A stretch of DNA of 64,000 nt from a virus (lineage: Duplodnaviria > Caudoviricetes). The notes below the pieces were generated by a model, which was not told where the DNA came from, made no database searches, and saw nothing but the letters and a program-made list of their open reading frames with translations. The DNA lies in IMG/VR virus record IMGVR_UViG_3300032266_000589. One strand, 5' to 3'. Shown here in pieces: positions 30,346 to 40,893 of the stretch. Each line of letters opens with the position of its first letter. The first letter of the stretch is position 1. The position numbers and the translations under genes were made by a program.

Positions 30346-32427
30346 TTAGGTTAAATTTTGCTCTATGTATAAACCCAAAACACTTCTTCGGTAAGTGTCG
30401 ATTGGCATATCTTCTAGCACAATATTGTTGTTTTTAAGCAACTTTGCGAACTCTATAGGTGTTTTAGAGTTAGCTGATAATAATTGCGCTATTGACTGCT
30501 CATTAACTTCTTCTAAGGGAGGTAAATTTGTCAAAACATCAACTTTTAATTGTTCTAGATTATTAACTTCAGCCTTTGTTAATTGTCTAAGATTTTTCTT
30601 ATTGTTAGACTTGAGATAAGCATTAGTTAATATATCAGATAGCTGTTCCCAAGAAGTTTCTGACCAAACTACTAGCTCTGCAACTCCCGGCTTTGATCTT
30701 GGATTAGCAATACGCTGCTTTCTTGGGCCAGTATCATTAGACAATGGTGGTCTTCCATTACTATTTGAAGGTTTAGCTGACGGTGCGGCTGGACCGGCTG
30801 GAGCTACTGGAGGTCTGGGTATTAAAACATCTTTTGGAACACTGGTCTTTAAGCCAACGTCTTGAGGTGTAACTTTGCCACTTTGTAGAGCAATCTTTTC
30901 AAGATTTTGTTTATGCTTTGGGTCGTGATATGGACTAGCCTTTGGAGCAGATTTACCCTCTTCTCTTGCAGACGTTTCTCTTTTAAGTCTAATTTTCTCA
31001 ATCTCTGGTATTTCCTTAAATCTTTCAAGAATAGTTTCATGGCTAATAATATCTCTGTCTGCTAGTTGTATTAAGAGATTTTTTTCTGTAGCCTCGTCTG
31101 ATAAGCTCATTTGGTCGAATTGAATATGGGCGCGATATCTAAAACCCATAGCCTTTCTAACTATTTCTATTTCTTTTTCCCAGAATTTTACAAGCATATC
31201 TCTTCCGTACTGCAATCTTTCAACCAAAGTCTTCAATGAGATAAAGTTGTTAGTAAAACCGCCACCATTTGTTGCCATTCCAGTTAGTGTTGGTGGAACA
31301 CCAAGGCCAGCATAGATGCTATTTAGTACTGCGGTATATTTTTCTGAGCCTAAGAACTTATAGACTTCACTGTTTGATTCGTGGAATGATAGCTCTGGAC
31401 CCCATACTAATTCCATTGTGCCACCACCAACGTTACTAGCTAAAATGTCTCTTAGCTTATTAATTGCAGCTTTATTTGGAAGAATCTTATGTTCAAGACT
31501 ACCAAGTGTCCAAAGACGAATATTAGAGATAGCACCATCAAGTGCAGATAGGTCTGCTAGTCTCATCTTTTCTAACATAATAATATCATCTAGAATAGCA
31601 TAGATCATAGGATTAGCCCATTGTAGCCAATCATCTTTCTTGTAATGAAATACGCTTAATCTAGACTGATCTAGTGGTATTTGCTTTTCTCCCCTTTGGA
31701 GGCTTTGTTTAATAGCTGTCGGTAATGTGTCAAGAACTGTACTTGGTATATCGCCATTGGGAAATTTATCTAAAAATGTGCTAGCTGATAGAGTATAGTC
31801 TTTCGCGCCCATGAATAACGATAGATTACCGTTTATCATTTTCACAGTCATTGGGTTGAAGAAATTGTAACGCCAAGGTATTTGGTTCTCTGGAACTGTA
31901 GGAACGTCTACCCTAATATCTTTAGATAAAGCTTTCATGTACTTTGTTAATTCTGGAGTCATGTTAGCATAGCTACGATAAATAATTACATTGCCAGCTT
32001 TGTAAAGATTGTTGAGGAATCTCTCAGACCTTTCTTTACCATTAACGCTTCTAAACCACTGTTGGTAGAATTTTTCAACACTGCTATTCTGATGTACTAT
32101 TTCTATACCTTGACTACCAAAGTCACCCATGAGATCAATAATATTCCTAATGATGCCAACCTTGTCATAAGCGTCCATGCACATTTTAATAGCGCGGCGC
32201 TGCTGTTGCGGAACTGCTTCATCTGGACGAAAAGCATAATAATCGCTAGGATTAAATCCGGGTTTTACAGTTCTATTAGACTCAATATCGGTAAAGTTAC
32301 GATAATGATTTCCTTGAGCTTTTGGCAACCCTACATATGATGAGATATTATCTGAAAATTTAGCAAAAGCGTCTGTTTTGCTGGACGCATCATCATCATT
32401 CCAAGTTATCATTTCTTCGTTGCTCAT
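30346..32427 (-). CDS. Portal protein
   Basis: 693 aa directly after the terminase; GIIRNIIDLM.DF and I.A.LGVP..L.G portal motifs. Confidence 0.85.
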   Translation of the reverse strand: MSNEEMITWNDDDASSKTDAFAKFSDNISSYVGLPKAQGNHYRNFTDIESNRTVKPGFNPSDYYAFRPDEAVPQQQRRAIKMCMDAYDKVGIIRNIIDLMGDFGSQGIEIVHQNSSVEKFYQQWFRSVNGKERSERFLNNLYKAGNVIIYRSYANMTPELTKYMKALSKDIRVDVPTVPENQIPWRYNFFNPMTVKMINGNLSLFMGAKDYTLSASTFLDKFPNGDIPSTVLDTLPTAIKQSLQRGEKQIPLDQSRLSVFHYKKDDWLQWANPMIYAILDDIIMLEKMRLADLSALDGAISNIRLWTLGSLEHKILPNKAAINKLRDILASNVGGGTMELVWGPELSFHESNSEVYKFLGSEKYTAVLNSIYAGLGVPPTLTGMATNGGGFTNNFISLKTLVERLQYGRDMLVKFWEKEIEIVRKAMGFRYRAHIQFDQMSLSDEATEKNLLIQLADRDIISHETILERFKEIPEIEKIRLKRETSAREEGKSAPKASPYHDPKHKQNLEKIALQSGKVTPQDVGLKTSVPKDVLIPRPPVAPAGPAAPSAKPSNSNGRPPLSNDTGPRKQRIANPRSKPGVAELVVWSETSWEQLSDILTNAYLKSNNKKNLRQLTKAEVNNLEQLKVDVLTNLPPLEEVNEQSIAQLLSANSKTPIEFAKLLKNNNIVLEDMPIDTYRRSVLGLYIEQNLT

Positions 32428-32469
32428 AGTTTTCTCTGTAATTGGATTGTTAATTGGATTGTCTAAATA

Positions 32470-34467
32470 CTAATACACATCTTTCATTTGATCTGCAAAC
32501 CAGCTTGGTCCAGTGTAAAGTTTTTCATTTTCGTAGGATGGCTTATCTCCACCGCTGCGCCCAGTTGCGAATCCACCATAGAAGTTGTAAGCTTCTTGTT
32601 CTGGAGTTCTCTGTAACACTCTAGCGGCCATATTAGCCATTAATAGTGCGGAATAACGGTCTTTACGCATCTTGCTCTTTTTGCCAGTGCCAACAACAAC
32701 CTCCGGTGTGTCCCAACGATCTCGCCCATTATTTGTCTGAGTCATTTGTATCATAGAAAGTTCGTCTTTTAATTCTTCAATATCTATTACGCACTCTTCC
32801 AATGTGTCAAACATTCTGTGTTTAATATCATCCTGTGCAGTAGATAGACCTAGGCTTACAGCGTCAAAGAATGGAAATAATAAAACTTTGTCTTCAAAGT
32901 CTTTTCTCATTCCGTGGTTTGCTTCTGATAACCATTCGTACTTGGCAAATTGACACATCTCTATGATATGTAAACCGCGTTCGCCGTCAGTATCTTTTGG
33001 TTTATCATCATCAATTGTAGGCCACATGGGAAGCTCTCCCGGCTTTATTTTATCTTGATCGTGCAAAGATTCTGTTACGGCAACGCCGCCACCTTGAGCA
33101 TCAATAGCGATATGTACACATGGGTACAGCAACATTAAATCTCTAATTTTTCTTGCGCAATAAGAATAGAAGTCGGTTTCATTGGAATAACCCTTTTTGA
33201 CTTTTTCTTTATGTTCTGATCTAGTTGTAGTCCAACAATGAACAATTCTTCTATGGTCTGGATTGACTTCTAGAACCACTATACTAAAATTATCTACTTC
33301 TGAAGCTGGGTCAACACCAAAGATGTATTTTTTATTTACATCTCCAATCAAGTTAGCCTCAAAACGAATTGGAGTACCTTTACTGTCTTTGATCTCATTC
33401 TCTTGAGAGATAACACAGGACTCAATTAATGATCTCTTAAAGAACCCCTGACTGTCTCTTGTGAAACATGCGCCATATTCCATTTGATAAATACCAGTAT
33501 GAACAGTGGCTTTTGATCTTGCAACTTGGTCAGCGTCCATGAAGCCCTTTGGTAGTAACTCATATGGCATACGTATGATTGAATACTGTGTCCAATCGAA
33601 CGTTTCTGGATAATCTTCTCCACCAAACACTTCTCTTAGTTTAGCAGGATTACCTTGGCTCTTAATAATGGCTTTCCACTTTTTCCAATATGTTGCAAAA
33701 TGATTAAAATCATAATATGCAGTTCCAGATAATACAATTTGGTTATCTTTAGATTGTGTTGAAGACACATTCTCATCTTCTATGATAATACCTAGCTCTT
33801 CTGCTTTTTGTTTTGCAGCAAGGCGTTTAACATTCGCCACTGGATCAGCACTAACTGCGGCGAAACCAGCAACAACATTTTCAAAAATATCTCTAGGAAT
33901 AGAAGCAAACTCATCGCTGATAATATCATTGGCTCTTTGACCTCTAATTTTTTGACCGTCGCCTAGTGGTAAGCATGTAATGGTGCTTTCATTAAGCCTC
34001 ATTACACATCTATCTGTATCTCTTCTTGGTCCACTATCGGAATCACACATATCTCTTAACATTGGAGAGTTGCGCCAAATAGTTTCCATGTATTCAAAAA
34101 GCACCTTAGACTGTCTAAATGCTGCACCGACAACTACAATTTTGCGTCGTGGTAAAACTAAACCTCTTAACATTGCATATAAAGATAGCATAAAAGATTT
34201 ACCAAATCCTCGACTAGCAATAAGCATTGGAAATTTTCTATTCCAAACTTCATCTAGCACTAATGCCTGAGATGGTAGTAGCTGAACGTTTAAGATGTGA
34301 TGACAAAAAAACGATAGATACTCTGGCCTAGTCATAAGCCAAGCGAGCTTTAAATGAAAGTCATCTTCGCTTGGTCGCAAAATACACATTGGATTAAATA
34401 AATCTGTATCTACAGAATCTAACCCAAGCCAAGCTTCGTCTATCTTCTTTAGCTTTGCTTCACTCAT
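32470..34467 (-). CDS. terL: Terminase large subunit
   Basis: Walker A ASRGFGKS, Walker B IISDEF, nuclease GVDPA...D and KDRYSA. Confidence 0.93.
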   Translation of the reverse strand: MSEAKLKKIDEAWLGLDSVDTDLFNPMCILRPSEDDFHLKLAWLMTRPEYLSFFCHHILNVQLLPSQALVLDEVWNRKFPMLIASRGFGKSFMLSLYAMLRGLVLPRRKIVVVGAAFRQSKVLFEYMETIWRNSPMLRDMCDSDSGPRRDTDRCVMRLNESTITCLPLGDGQKIRGQRANDIISDEFASIPRDIFENVVAGFAAVSADPVANVKRLAAKQKAEELGIIIEDENVSSTQSKDNQIVLSGTAYYDFNHFATYWKKWKAIIKSQGNPAKLREVFGGEDYPETFDWTQYSIIRMPYELLPKGFMDADQVARSKATVHTGIYQMEYGACFTRDSQGFFKRSLIESCVISQENEIKDSKGTPIRFEANLIGDVNKKYIFGVDPASEVDNFSIVVLEVNPDHRRIVHCWTTTRSEHKEKVKKGYSNETDFYSYCARKIRDLMLLYPCVHIAIDAQGGGVAVTESLHDQDKIKPGELPMWPTIDDDKPKDTDGERGLHIIEMCQFAKYEWLSEANHGMRKDFEDKVLLFPFFDAVSLGLSTAQDDIKHRMFDTLEECVIDIEELKDELSMIQMTQTNNGRDRWDTPEVVVGTGKKSKMRKDRYSALLMANMAARVLQRTPEQEAYNFYGGFATGRSGGDKPSYENEKLYTGPSWFADQMKDVY

Positions 34468-35185
34468 TCCTATTCCAATCCGTTAGTATCGCATCCGCAA
34501 ATCCGTAATAGACTGCTTCTTCTGCGTTCATGTACCAATCGCCAGATTTCAATTTTCTAATAAGGTATTGTTTTACTTGTTTTTCACTGGGCTTCTTACC
34601 AAACTTATCCTTAAAAAATTGACCATCCACGCATCTCTTAGCGTATAAATCAAACATCACACTGGCGCACCGTCTTTCGTAGTCAACGAAGTTTTGAACA
34701 CTTAAATAGTCAGCGTCAATACCGGTGGAACCATAATGACTCATAAAATAAGCGTTCTTAGTCATGTATCTATAATCAGCAGATTGTAATATGATGCTAC
34801 TCATAGATTCTGCTTGTCCATATACTATAATGCTAACATACGAGCGACACATCGATATTGCATCGAAAATTGCCATACCATCTGACCATTCTCCACCAAC
34901 GCTCTGCATATGAATAGTTATTGGATTATTATTTCTAAGATCTAACGCCCTAAGATTTTTAATAAATGTATTAGACATCCGATATTCAACACCGGGGTTT
35001 TGATTATCTTCAGCGTGATAATGATTATGTAGAAAGATTTCTCTGGTGTTAATGTTGGCACCATAGTCGTGAAAATCTTTCAGAAGTTCTGGTTCCATGT
35101 TAAGTTTTCCTTCCAGTTGTGTACATTTCATGAACTCGCTTAAGAATGCTACTAACAGCCAAGAATCCGTTGTATTTATTTCCAC
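34460..35185 (-). CDS. ClpP-like serine protease (likely start ATG 35098)
   Basis: S.GG....G.AIFD.I, G.AESMSS.IL (catalytic Ser), FMSH (His), DWYM.AEEAV.YGFAD.I. Confidence 0.85.
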   Translation of the reverse strand: MEINTTDSWLLVAFLSEFMKCTQLEGKLNMEPELLKDFHDYGANINTREIFLHNHYHAEDNQNPGVEYRMSNTFIKNLRALDLRNNNPITIHMQSVGGEWSDGMAIFDAISMCRSYVSIIVYGQAESMSSIILQSADYRYMTKNAYFMSHYGSTGIDADYLSVQNFVDYERRCASVMFDLYAKRCVDGQFFKDKFGKKPSEKQVKQYLIRKLKSGDWYMNAEEAVYYGFADAILTDWNRNE

Positions 35186-35594
35186 AGAAAATGACCTGTA
35201 CGTTGTTATATAATGCGAATTCGAACAAGCATTTCATCATATACTTGCCCGTGATTTTGACTGAGGCTTTGTTTTTTAATGGTATCCTAGTTTCTTCTGG
35301 GAATTTTGCTAATTCTTCAAATGTAAATTCTAGAACTAGAAATTTGTGTGGGAATGGTTTCATGCGCTCTATTTCGTCTAGGAAGGCGTATTTCTTTTGA
35401 CCTAGATTTGTAGCTAACTCTTCTACGCAACCCTTGCGTTCTATACATATTTTATCTTCTAATCCCTCTATGGAATAATCCCCGGTATCAAGCTTTCGCT
35501 CAATCATCCCGCCACAAGTATTATAGTCCTTAAAGTAATATCCGTCTTGTTCACGGGTATCTTTGATGACCATAAATTTTTTAGTTTCACTCAT
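35100..35594 (-). CDS. ERCC4-domain nuclease
   Basis: DTREQ...L.TGDYS...IERK motif. Confidence 0.85.
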   Translation of the reverse strand: MSETKKFMVIKDTREQDGYYFKDYNTCGGMIERKLDTGDYSIEGLEDKICIERKGCVEELATNLGQKKYAFLDEIERMKPFPHKFLVLEFTFEELAKFPEETRIPLKNKASVKITGKYMMKCLFEFALYNNVQVIFCGNKYNGFLAVSSILKRVHEMYTTGRKT

Positions 35595-35851
35595 AAGTTA
35601 TCCAATATTAGTTTGAATACATGAACATAATGATTTTCTTGACCTTTAATAGAATCATGACATTTTCTACATAAAGTAATCCCGTTAGATAGGTCATATC
35701 TTAGCGCGCTAGCTGTTGACCATTTTTGTATGTGGTGAACTTGTAAGCTAGTTCTAGACTTACATCCCGGCATTTTACATTTTTTCCCATCTCTTTTTAG
35801 TACGTCTTTGCGCCATTGAGTGTACGCTTCATCATTATAGTTCCTTTTCAT
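35591..35851 (-). CDS. HNH endonuclease (terminase-associated type)
   Basis: WR..VL.RD...C...C....L.VHHI...NG.TLC..CH. Confidence 0.88.
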   Translation of the reverse strand: MKRNYNDEAYTQWRKDVLKRDGKKCKMPGCKSRTSLQVHHIQKWSTASALRYDLSNGITLCRKCHDSIKGQENHYVHVFKLILDNL

Positions 35852-36105
35852 AATTGTGCTATTTTATCTATTCTCATGTGTTTTTTGATTTTTTTGCATA
35901 AGATTCTAGTTTCTAGCGATGGATCTTGATCCATAAGTAGTTTCATTAATTTAATTAGCACCATATAACATGCATCATCTGGATCATTGGCTTCTATAAA
36001 AATTAGTGAAAAGGGTAGACTATATTCTCTAAGAACAAATCTCCTAAGTTCTATGTATAAGTCAGATAGATCTATTGATAATCTAAAGTTTCTCATTTCC
36101 GTCAA
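35848..36105 (-). CDS. Hypothetical protein
   Basis: 85-aa coupled ORF. Confidence 0.65.
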   Translation of the reverse strand: MTEMRNFRLSIDLSDLYIELRRFVLREYSLPFSLIFIEANDPDDACYMVLIKLMKLLMDQDPSLETRILCKKIKKHMRIDKIAQL

Positions 36106-37144
36106 GTAGCATAAGTTTAATTAAGCCCTCTAGATCGTGGCGGGGTGTCCAACCTAGTTTTTCCTTGGCTTTCTTAAAACTCCCTTTCAGATATGTAACT
36201 TCAGACGGCCTATAAAACTCTGGATCTATTACTATATAATCTCTCCAAGCTGGTAAGCCTAAAGAGTTAAACGCTATATCTAAAAATTCAGCCACAGTAT
36301 GTGTTTGTTCTGTGCATACAACGTAATCGTCGGGGTCTTCTTGCTGTAACATCAACCACATGGCCTCTACGTAGTCGCCAGCGTAGCCCCAATCTCTATA
36401 CGTGTCTATGTTGCCAAGTCTTAATTTTTTAAAGCTCATGCCCTGTACGGGGCCATAGATGTAGTCTCCAGATGGACACATTTGTTCTGGCTTTATGTCA
36501 TATTTGTGCATCCAAGACGAAAAGGACTGTATCCAATTAGTTATTTTTTTGGTTACAAAGTTATCGCCTCTGCGCGGGCCTTCGTGATTAAATAATATTC
36601 CAGCACTTGCATGTAAGCTATATGCGTCCCTATACATTCTAACGGCATAATGAGCGGCGCATTTTGCAATTGCGTATGGGGAATTCGGCATAAACTTAGT
36701 ATTTTCATCTTGATATTTATTGCCGTTACGGTCAATATCGTAAGAACTACCAAACATTTCACTAGAGGAAGCTTGATAAAACCGTGCGCCAAACATGTGA
36801 CAATCTACAATTGACTGTAGAAGGTTAATACAACCTTTGCCGGTAATATCCCAAGTAAGGGCTGGTTGCTTAAATGAAGTTCCAACATGCGATTGTGCGG
36901 CTAGATTATAGATTTCATCTACGTCGTCGTAATTTCTAAAGATATTAATTACACTACTTACATCTGTGATGTCCCCCTCGACCAACTTGAAACTACGTGA
37001 TCCTTCTAGGTGTTTTATTCTTTGGGTATTATCTGTGCTGGTTCTTCTTGAAACACCGAAAACGTGATAATCTTTAGATAGTAGAAGATCTGCGAGATGG
37101 CTTCCATCCTGTCCGGTTACTCCAAATATAATTGCGCTCTTCAT
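36083..37144 (-). CDS. gmd: GDP-mannose 4,6-dehydratase
   Basis: GVTGQDGS, YNLAAQSHV, YQASSSEMFG, SPYAIAK, GILFNHEGPRRG, RDWGYAGDYV. Confidence 0.96.
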   Translation of the reverse strand: MKSAIIFGVTGQDGSHLADLLLSKDYHVFGVSRRTSTDNTQRIKHLEGSRSFKLVEGDITDVSSVINIFRNYDDVDEIYNLAAQSHVGTSFKQPALTWDITGKGCINLLQSIVDCHMFGARFYQASSSEMFGSSYDIDRNGNKYQDENTKFMPNSPYAIAKCAAHYAVRMYRDAYSLHASAGILFNHEGPRRGDNFVTKKITNWIQSFSSWMHKYDIKPEQMCPSGDYIYGPVQGMSFKKLRLGNIDTYRDWGYAGDYVEAMWLMLQQEDPDDYVVCTEQTHTVAEFLDIAFNSLGLPAWRDYIVIDPEFYRPSEVTYLKGSFKKAKEKLGWTPRHDLEGLIKLMLLDGNEKL

Positions 37145-37150
37145 AAATCC

Positions 37151-37786
37151 TCACTTAATAAAAATTAATAACCTATCATTATCCCAGTTTGGTGAATACA
37201 TTAACGAGTGATTTGCATCAACAACAAAACAAGACGTAAATTTACAGCTTGAATTATCTAAAAAATTGCTGTATATGTTAAGATCGCAACTCTTAAATAT
37301 ATCCTCAATGATCAAATACCCACCAGTTTTTAGGTATTTATAACTCGTGCTTATTATGTTTAGCTGATCGTTAACTTCGTGTGTAGAGTCATCTATGATG
37401 ATATCAAAGATTTTATTTTGTCTTCTGAAAGTATTATCTATGCTAATAGGATCTTTTACATCTATAAAATCATATATAACATTGGTTAAATTGTCTTTTT
37501 TAGCATTATCAATGAACGATGCATTATATTCAAAACCGTAAATAGTGGCGTGTGGAAAATAGTTTCTCCAACATTGAATGGATTTATTTTCATAAATACC
37601 TATTTCACATAAAGTCAATTCATTGTTTCTAATACTAGAAAATAAAAAATCATATATAGCTGTATATGCATGTCTGTGTAAAGTTGGATTAGAGTTATAT
37701 GGAGATTTATCTGTTGGAAATGTAATCCCAAGTTTACACAAATCTGTAGTTGATTGAGTTGAGTCAATGATTAGTTTATTTATCAC
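37151..37786 (-). CDS. Class I SAM-dependent methyltransferase (sugar O-methyltransferase-like)
   Basis: TDK...H.Y...Y, EIGI, W..YFP.A.IYG.E, FDIIIDD.TH, GG.LIIED. Confidence 0.8.
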   Translation of the reverse strand: MINKLIIDSTQSTTDLCKLGITFPTDKSPYNSNPTLHRHAYTAIYDFLFSSIRNNELTLCEIGIYENKSIQCWRNYFPHATIYGFEYNASFIDNAKKDNLTNVIYDFIDVKDPISIDNTFRRQNKIFDIIIDDSTHEVNDQLNIISTSYKYLKTGGYLIIEDIFKSCDLNIYSNFLDNSSCKFTSCFVVDANHSLMYSPNWDNDRLLIFIK

Positions 37787-37788
37787 GA

Positions 37789-38574
37789 TTATTCCTGTAC
37801 AGTGTCTGGGGTTAAAAACGGTTGATCAACCAGCCCGTCCTCATACTTATGGAACGCGCTTAAGCGTTCCTTCTCTTTTAACATCGCCATCTTCATTTTC
37901 TCCATCTCAATTCCGTACTGCTTCATAGTCTCTGGATCTTGCATCATATTAGCCACCCACGAAATGAAACTCTGTTTACTATCTTCTAATCGTTTAATTC
38001 TTTGTTCTCGCGTACCCTTCATCTCGCGCAACATACTAGCTTTCTTAGTTTGAAGCTCGCGGTAGTCACGGTTAAGACTTTCTTGTGAAGCCCGCAGGGA
38101 AGCTATCTGTCTTTCTAAGTTAATAATATAATCTAGGTCTTGATCGTCTTTATCTTTAGATCTCTCATCTTTGACCATAGTCTCGTAGGTAGAGATCTGT
38201 TGAATATTATCTTTATTACCTTTAAGACACCTATTCATCAATAGTTCCAACTTGATAACGTCTATAACTTGCAACTCTTCTGTTGGAAAAACATCATCTT
38301 TAAACTGGGCGATAATGCGGCTCCAGTGATATTTAAACAATTCTAATTCGTCATGTGTGAATTGAGATTGTAGCTCTATCCAGTACGGGCGATCTTCAAG
38401 AGAGAAAGCAGCTTCTTCTTCCAATGAAAGTCCGTGCTTAAGCTTCCTCTTCATGAATTGTTCAACAGAATCCACATCCCGGTCTAGAGATTTAGCTATA
38501 TCCTCTAGGGTCATAGACTCGGCGTTGCGAGATATAAATCTCTCTTCTTCTTTTGAAATTCGCCCCTTACGCAT
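37789..38574 (-). CDS. Hypothetical protein with N-terminal HTH-like and coiled-coil regions (possible small terminase)
   Basis: EEERFI......MTLEDIAKSLDR HTH-like segment; upstream in the packaging operon. Confidence 0.55.
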   Translation of the reverse strand: MRKGRISKEEERFISRNAESMTLEDIAKSLDRDVDSVEQFMKRKLKHGLSLEEEAAFSLEDRPYWIELQSQFTHDELELFKYHWSRIIAQFKDDVFPTEELQVIDVIKLELLMNRCLKGNKDNIQQISTYETMVKDERSKDKDDQDLDYIINLERQIASLRASQESLNRDYRELQTKKASMLREMKGTREQRIKRLEDSKQSFISWVANMMQDPETMKQYGIEMEKMKMAMLKEKERLSAFHKYEDGLVDQPFLTPDTVQE

Positions 38575-39094
38575 GGCCGTGGTCTTTCATTATATTCTTG
38601 ATAAGTGAGATAATTTCAGCTTTACGTTTCTTTGGTACGTAAACATCACTGAGTATTTTTAAATAGTCTGAGCGGCATTTTGACGGGAGGTGTTGATCTA
38701 TAATCTTATTCATGTGCGACACATCTATATTTATATCTACGTTGTGGTCTTCAGACTCAAGACAGTCATCATAAGATAATTGTGAGGGGTTTAGTACTTT
38801 TTTCTTCTCTGTATCGTTTTTGTTAAAATAGTTGTCGCGGACGAAATTCTTGAGGCGATTAGATAGATTGACTGATAAGAAATTTTCAAGGGGGCGATTT
38901 TCGTCATAACGATCAAGGGCGTCCATGCATATAATATAAGCCTCTTGCTTTATATCATCAACGTCATAACCGTTGAAGGTATACTTGGGGGCAATACGGT
39001 CTACTACTAATAATATCTTTTGCATTACTTCTTTTTCTGACATATTTTTTGGTATCTTCATTCGTCTTCGAATCTCCATAATAATGTTCGCCAA
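38567..39094 (-). CDS. Sigma70-family region-2 protein (likely start ATG 39061)
   Basis: DVDDIKQEAYI..MDAL.RYD..RPL.NFL...L.NRL.NF.RD matches sigma region 2; a canonical region 4 is not evident. Confidence 0.7.
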   Translation of the reverse strand: MANIIMEIRRRMKIPKNMSEKEVMQKILLVVDRIAPKYTFNGYDVDDIKQEAYIICMDALDRYDENRPLENFLSVNLSNRLKNFVRDNYFNKNDTEKKKVLNPSQLSYDDCLESEDHNVDINIDVSHMNKIIDQHLPSKCRSDYLKILSDVYVPKKRKAEIISLIKNIMKDHGHA

Positions 39095-39840
39095 CGAGAT
39101 CCGTCGAAGTATTGAATGGTGTCGTGTTCTTCATTGTAAATGATGCTGCCTTTTTTTGCTTGGGCTGGTTTACTTGGGGTTAACTGTAAGATTTTAGTTT
39201 TCAACTTCTTAACGTCTAACTGAGAGCATGATAAGATAATTTGTTTGCTATAGCCAATCAGTAATTCAGTAGCTTTGTTGCATATATCTAAAATAGAAAG
39301 GGAGGTAACATTACCATCAAGTCTACCAATAACGGAATTTTCATCTACGTTAACAATATTGAGGGGGTTATCTGGAATAGAAACTATTAGTGAGTGTGGA
39401 TCAACTAATAATTCTGGAAGAGAGTAGGCGCTATAAGATTGAACAATTAAATAATCTTCTGGGTCGTGACAAGCAAAAGCATGTACGGGTCTTGCAATGG
39501 GGCCAATCTGTTCATCACCGTGCTTGTATAGCAGGGGCTGAGATCGTTTAAGAAGAATAATGTTGGGGGCTTCTTGAAAGAGGTGGCCTATACCTATCTC
39601 TAAGTCAATTAGCTTGCGTTTATTATACTTTTCAAGCCTGTAATAAAACTTGCTATCTAATCCAAAAGCTACTAAAAAGCTATTATTAGTAGAGCAAGGG
39701 GGGTTTTTTTGATAACGAAGCTCTGGAAAATAATCACATACCTGTTCAGTGCCAGATAAGAATATATCGCAAGAGTTTTCTGTGGGAAGTCCACGTTCAA
39801 GAATCTGAATTGGTGTTGTCTTTAGCTTCATCGTCCTCAA
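39058..39840 (-). CDS. Hypothetical protein
   Basis: 260 aa; C-terminal G.I.YN......QYFDG..W motif seen in fibre-type proteins. Confidence 0.7.
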   Translation of the reverse strand: MRTMKLKTTPIQILERGLPTENSCDIFLSGTEQVCDYFPELRYQKNPPCSTNNSFLVAFGLDSKFYYRLEKYNKRKLIDLEIGIGHLFQEAPNIILLKRSQPLLYKHGDEQIGPIARPVHAFACHDPEDYLIVQSYSAYSLPELLVDPHSLIVSIPDNPLNIVNVDENSVIGRLDGNVTSLSILDICNKATELLIGYSKQIILSCSQLDVKKLKTKILQLTPSKPAQAKKGSIIYNEEHDTIQYFDGSRWRTLLWRFEDE

Positions 39841-40147
39841 GTTCCTTTAGTAATTCTATCATTGGAACATCTGGCTGTTCCAAGTCCACCATGACGGATC
39901 GCTTGACTTCGGCTGTAGCTTTACAATGCAATTCACAATCTAACTGTTTCTTTTCATTCATATTAGAATCTCCTCATGGTATTATACACCCGGATAGGCA
40001 TTATCACAAAGAAACGTGGGAAAATAAGGGGCAATCGGGGTGGATCGGGTAGTACATTTACATTTTTTGATGCTTATTGTTTCTGGACCACCCCGAGGTT
40101 TTCTGCCAGTTTGGCAGCTTCCGTTTTCTAAGATAAAACCCCCACCC

Positions 40148-40225
40148 TAAGTCCTTGCGTATCAACAACTTAGAACATATACAGTGGCCCAAATTCGTTG
40201 TAAGTCCAATGATATCAACCACTTA
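40148..40225. repeat. Paired-palindrome element copy 1
   Basis: TAAGT-N15-ACTTA, 28 bp, TAAGT-N15-ACTTA. Confidence 0.85.
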
Positions 40226-40254
40226 TAACAAATCCAAAAAAAATCTAGAAATAT

Positions 40255-40295
40255 CTGAAGATTTCTCTTGACAATGCCGATATATACTGTATAAT
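40255..40295 (+). promoter_or_regulatory. Overlapping sigma70 (TTGACA-16-TATAAT) and sigma28-like (CTGAAG-15-GCCGATAT) promoter
   Basis: Both consensus pairs are read directly; the pattern recurs about 16 times in 40-60 kb. Confidence 0.8.
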
Positions 40296-40893
40296 GGTGG
40301 TATAAGAGAACGATAGAGAAAAGGATAAGAAAATGGAAACGATTAAGATTACGCAAAACACTTCAGCAGTTGTCAACAATGGAAAGGTGATCTACTTGAT
40401 TCAGAATGGAATCAAGACTCAAGACCCTCTCAAGGTAAGATATTTTCAGAGAATGATCTAAGCCTCTTGACACCATCCAGCCGATACTATAATGTAAAGA
40501 GAAGAACTGGATACACTAACTAAGAGAAAAAACATGTTCTCAAAAATTGAATATGCTATGGTGTGGGTAATGGGTGCTTTCCTAACTGTTATGGAAACTC
40601 TGTGTGAGGTATGGCAGCGTTTTAAGGAATATGATGAGATGAGAGCAAGGGGCTATACTCTCATGAAGAATGATAAAGGGGATGATTTCTGGGTAGGATA
40701 CGGTGATTAACAATAAGAGGTGCAAGGATGTACAGCGTAGACTTCGTAAGTGTGACTCTTGGATATATCGTAGGTGTAGCATTGTGCTATACCACCATGA
40801 AAATGATCTATGAATTAGAAAGCCATAACAATGACGAATGAACAGATGTATATCATGTGGGGCTTCTCATTCTTTCTTGGTTGCCTTGCGACG

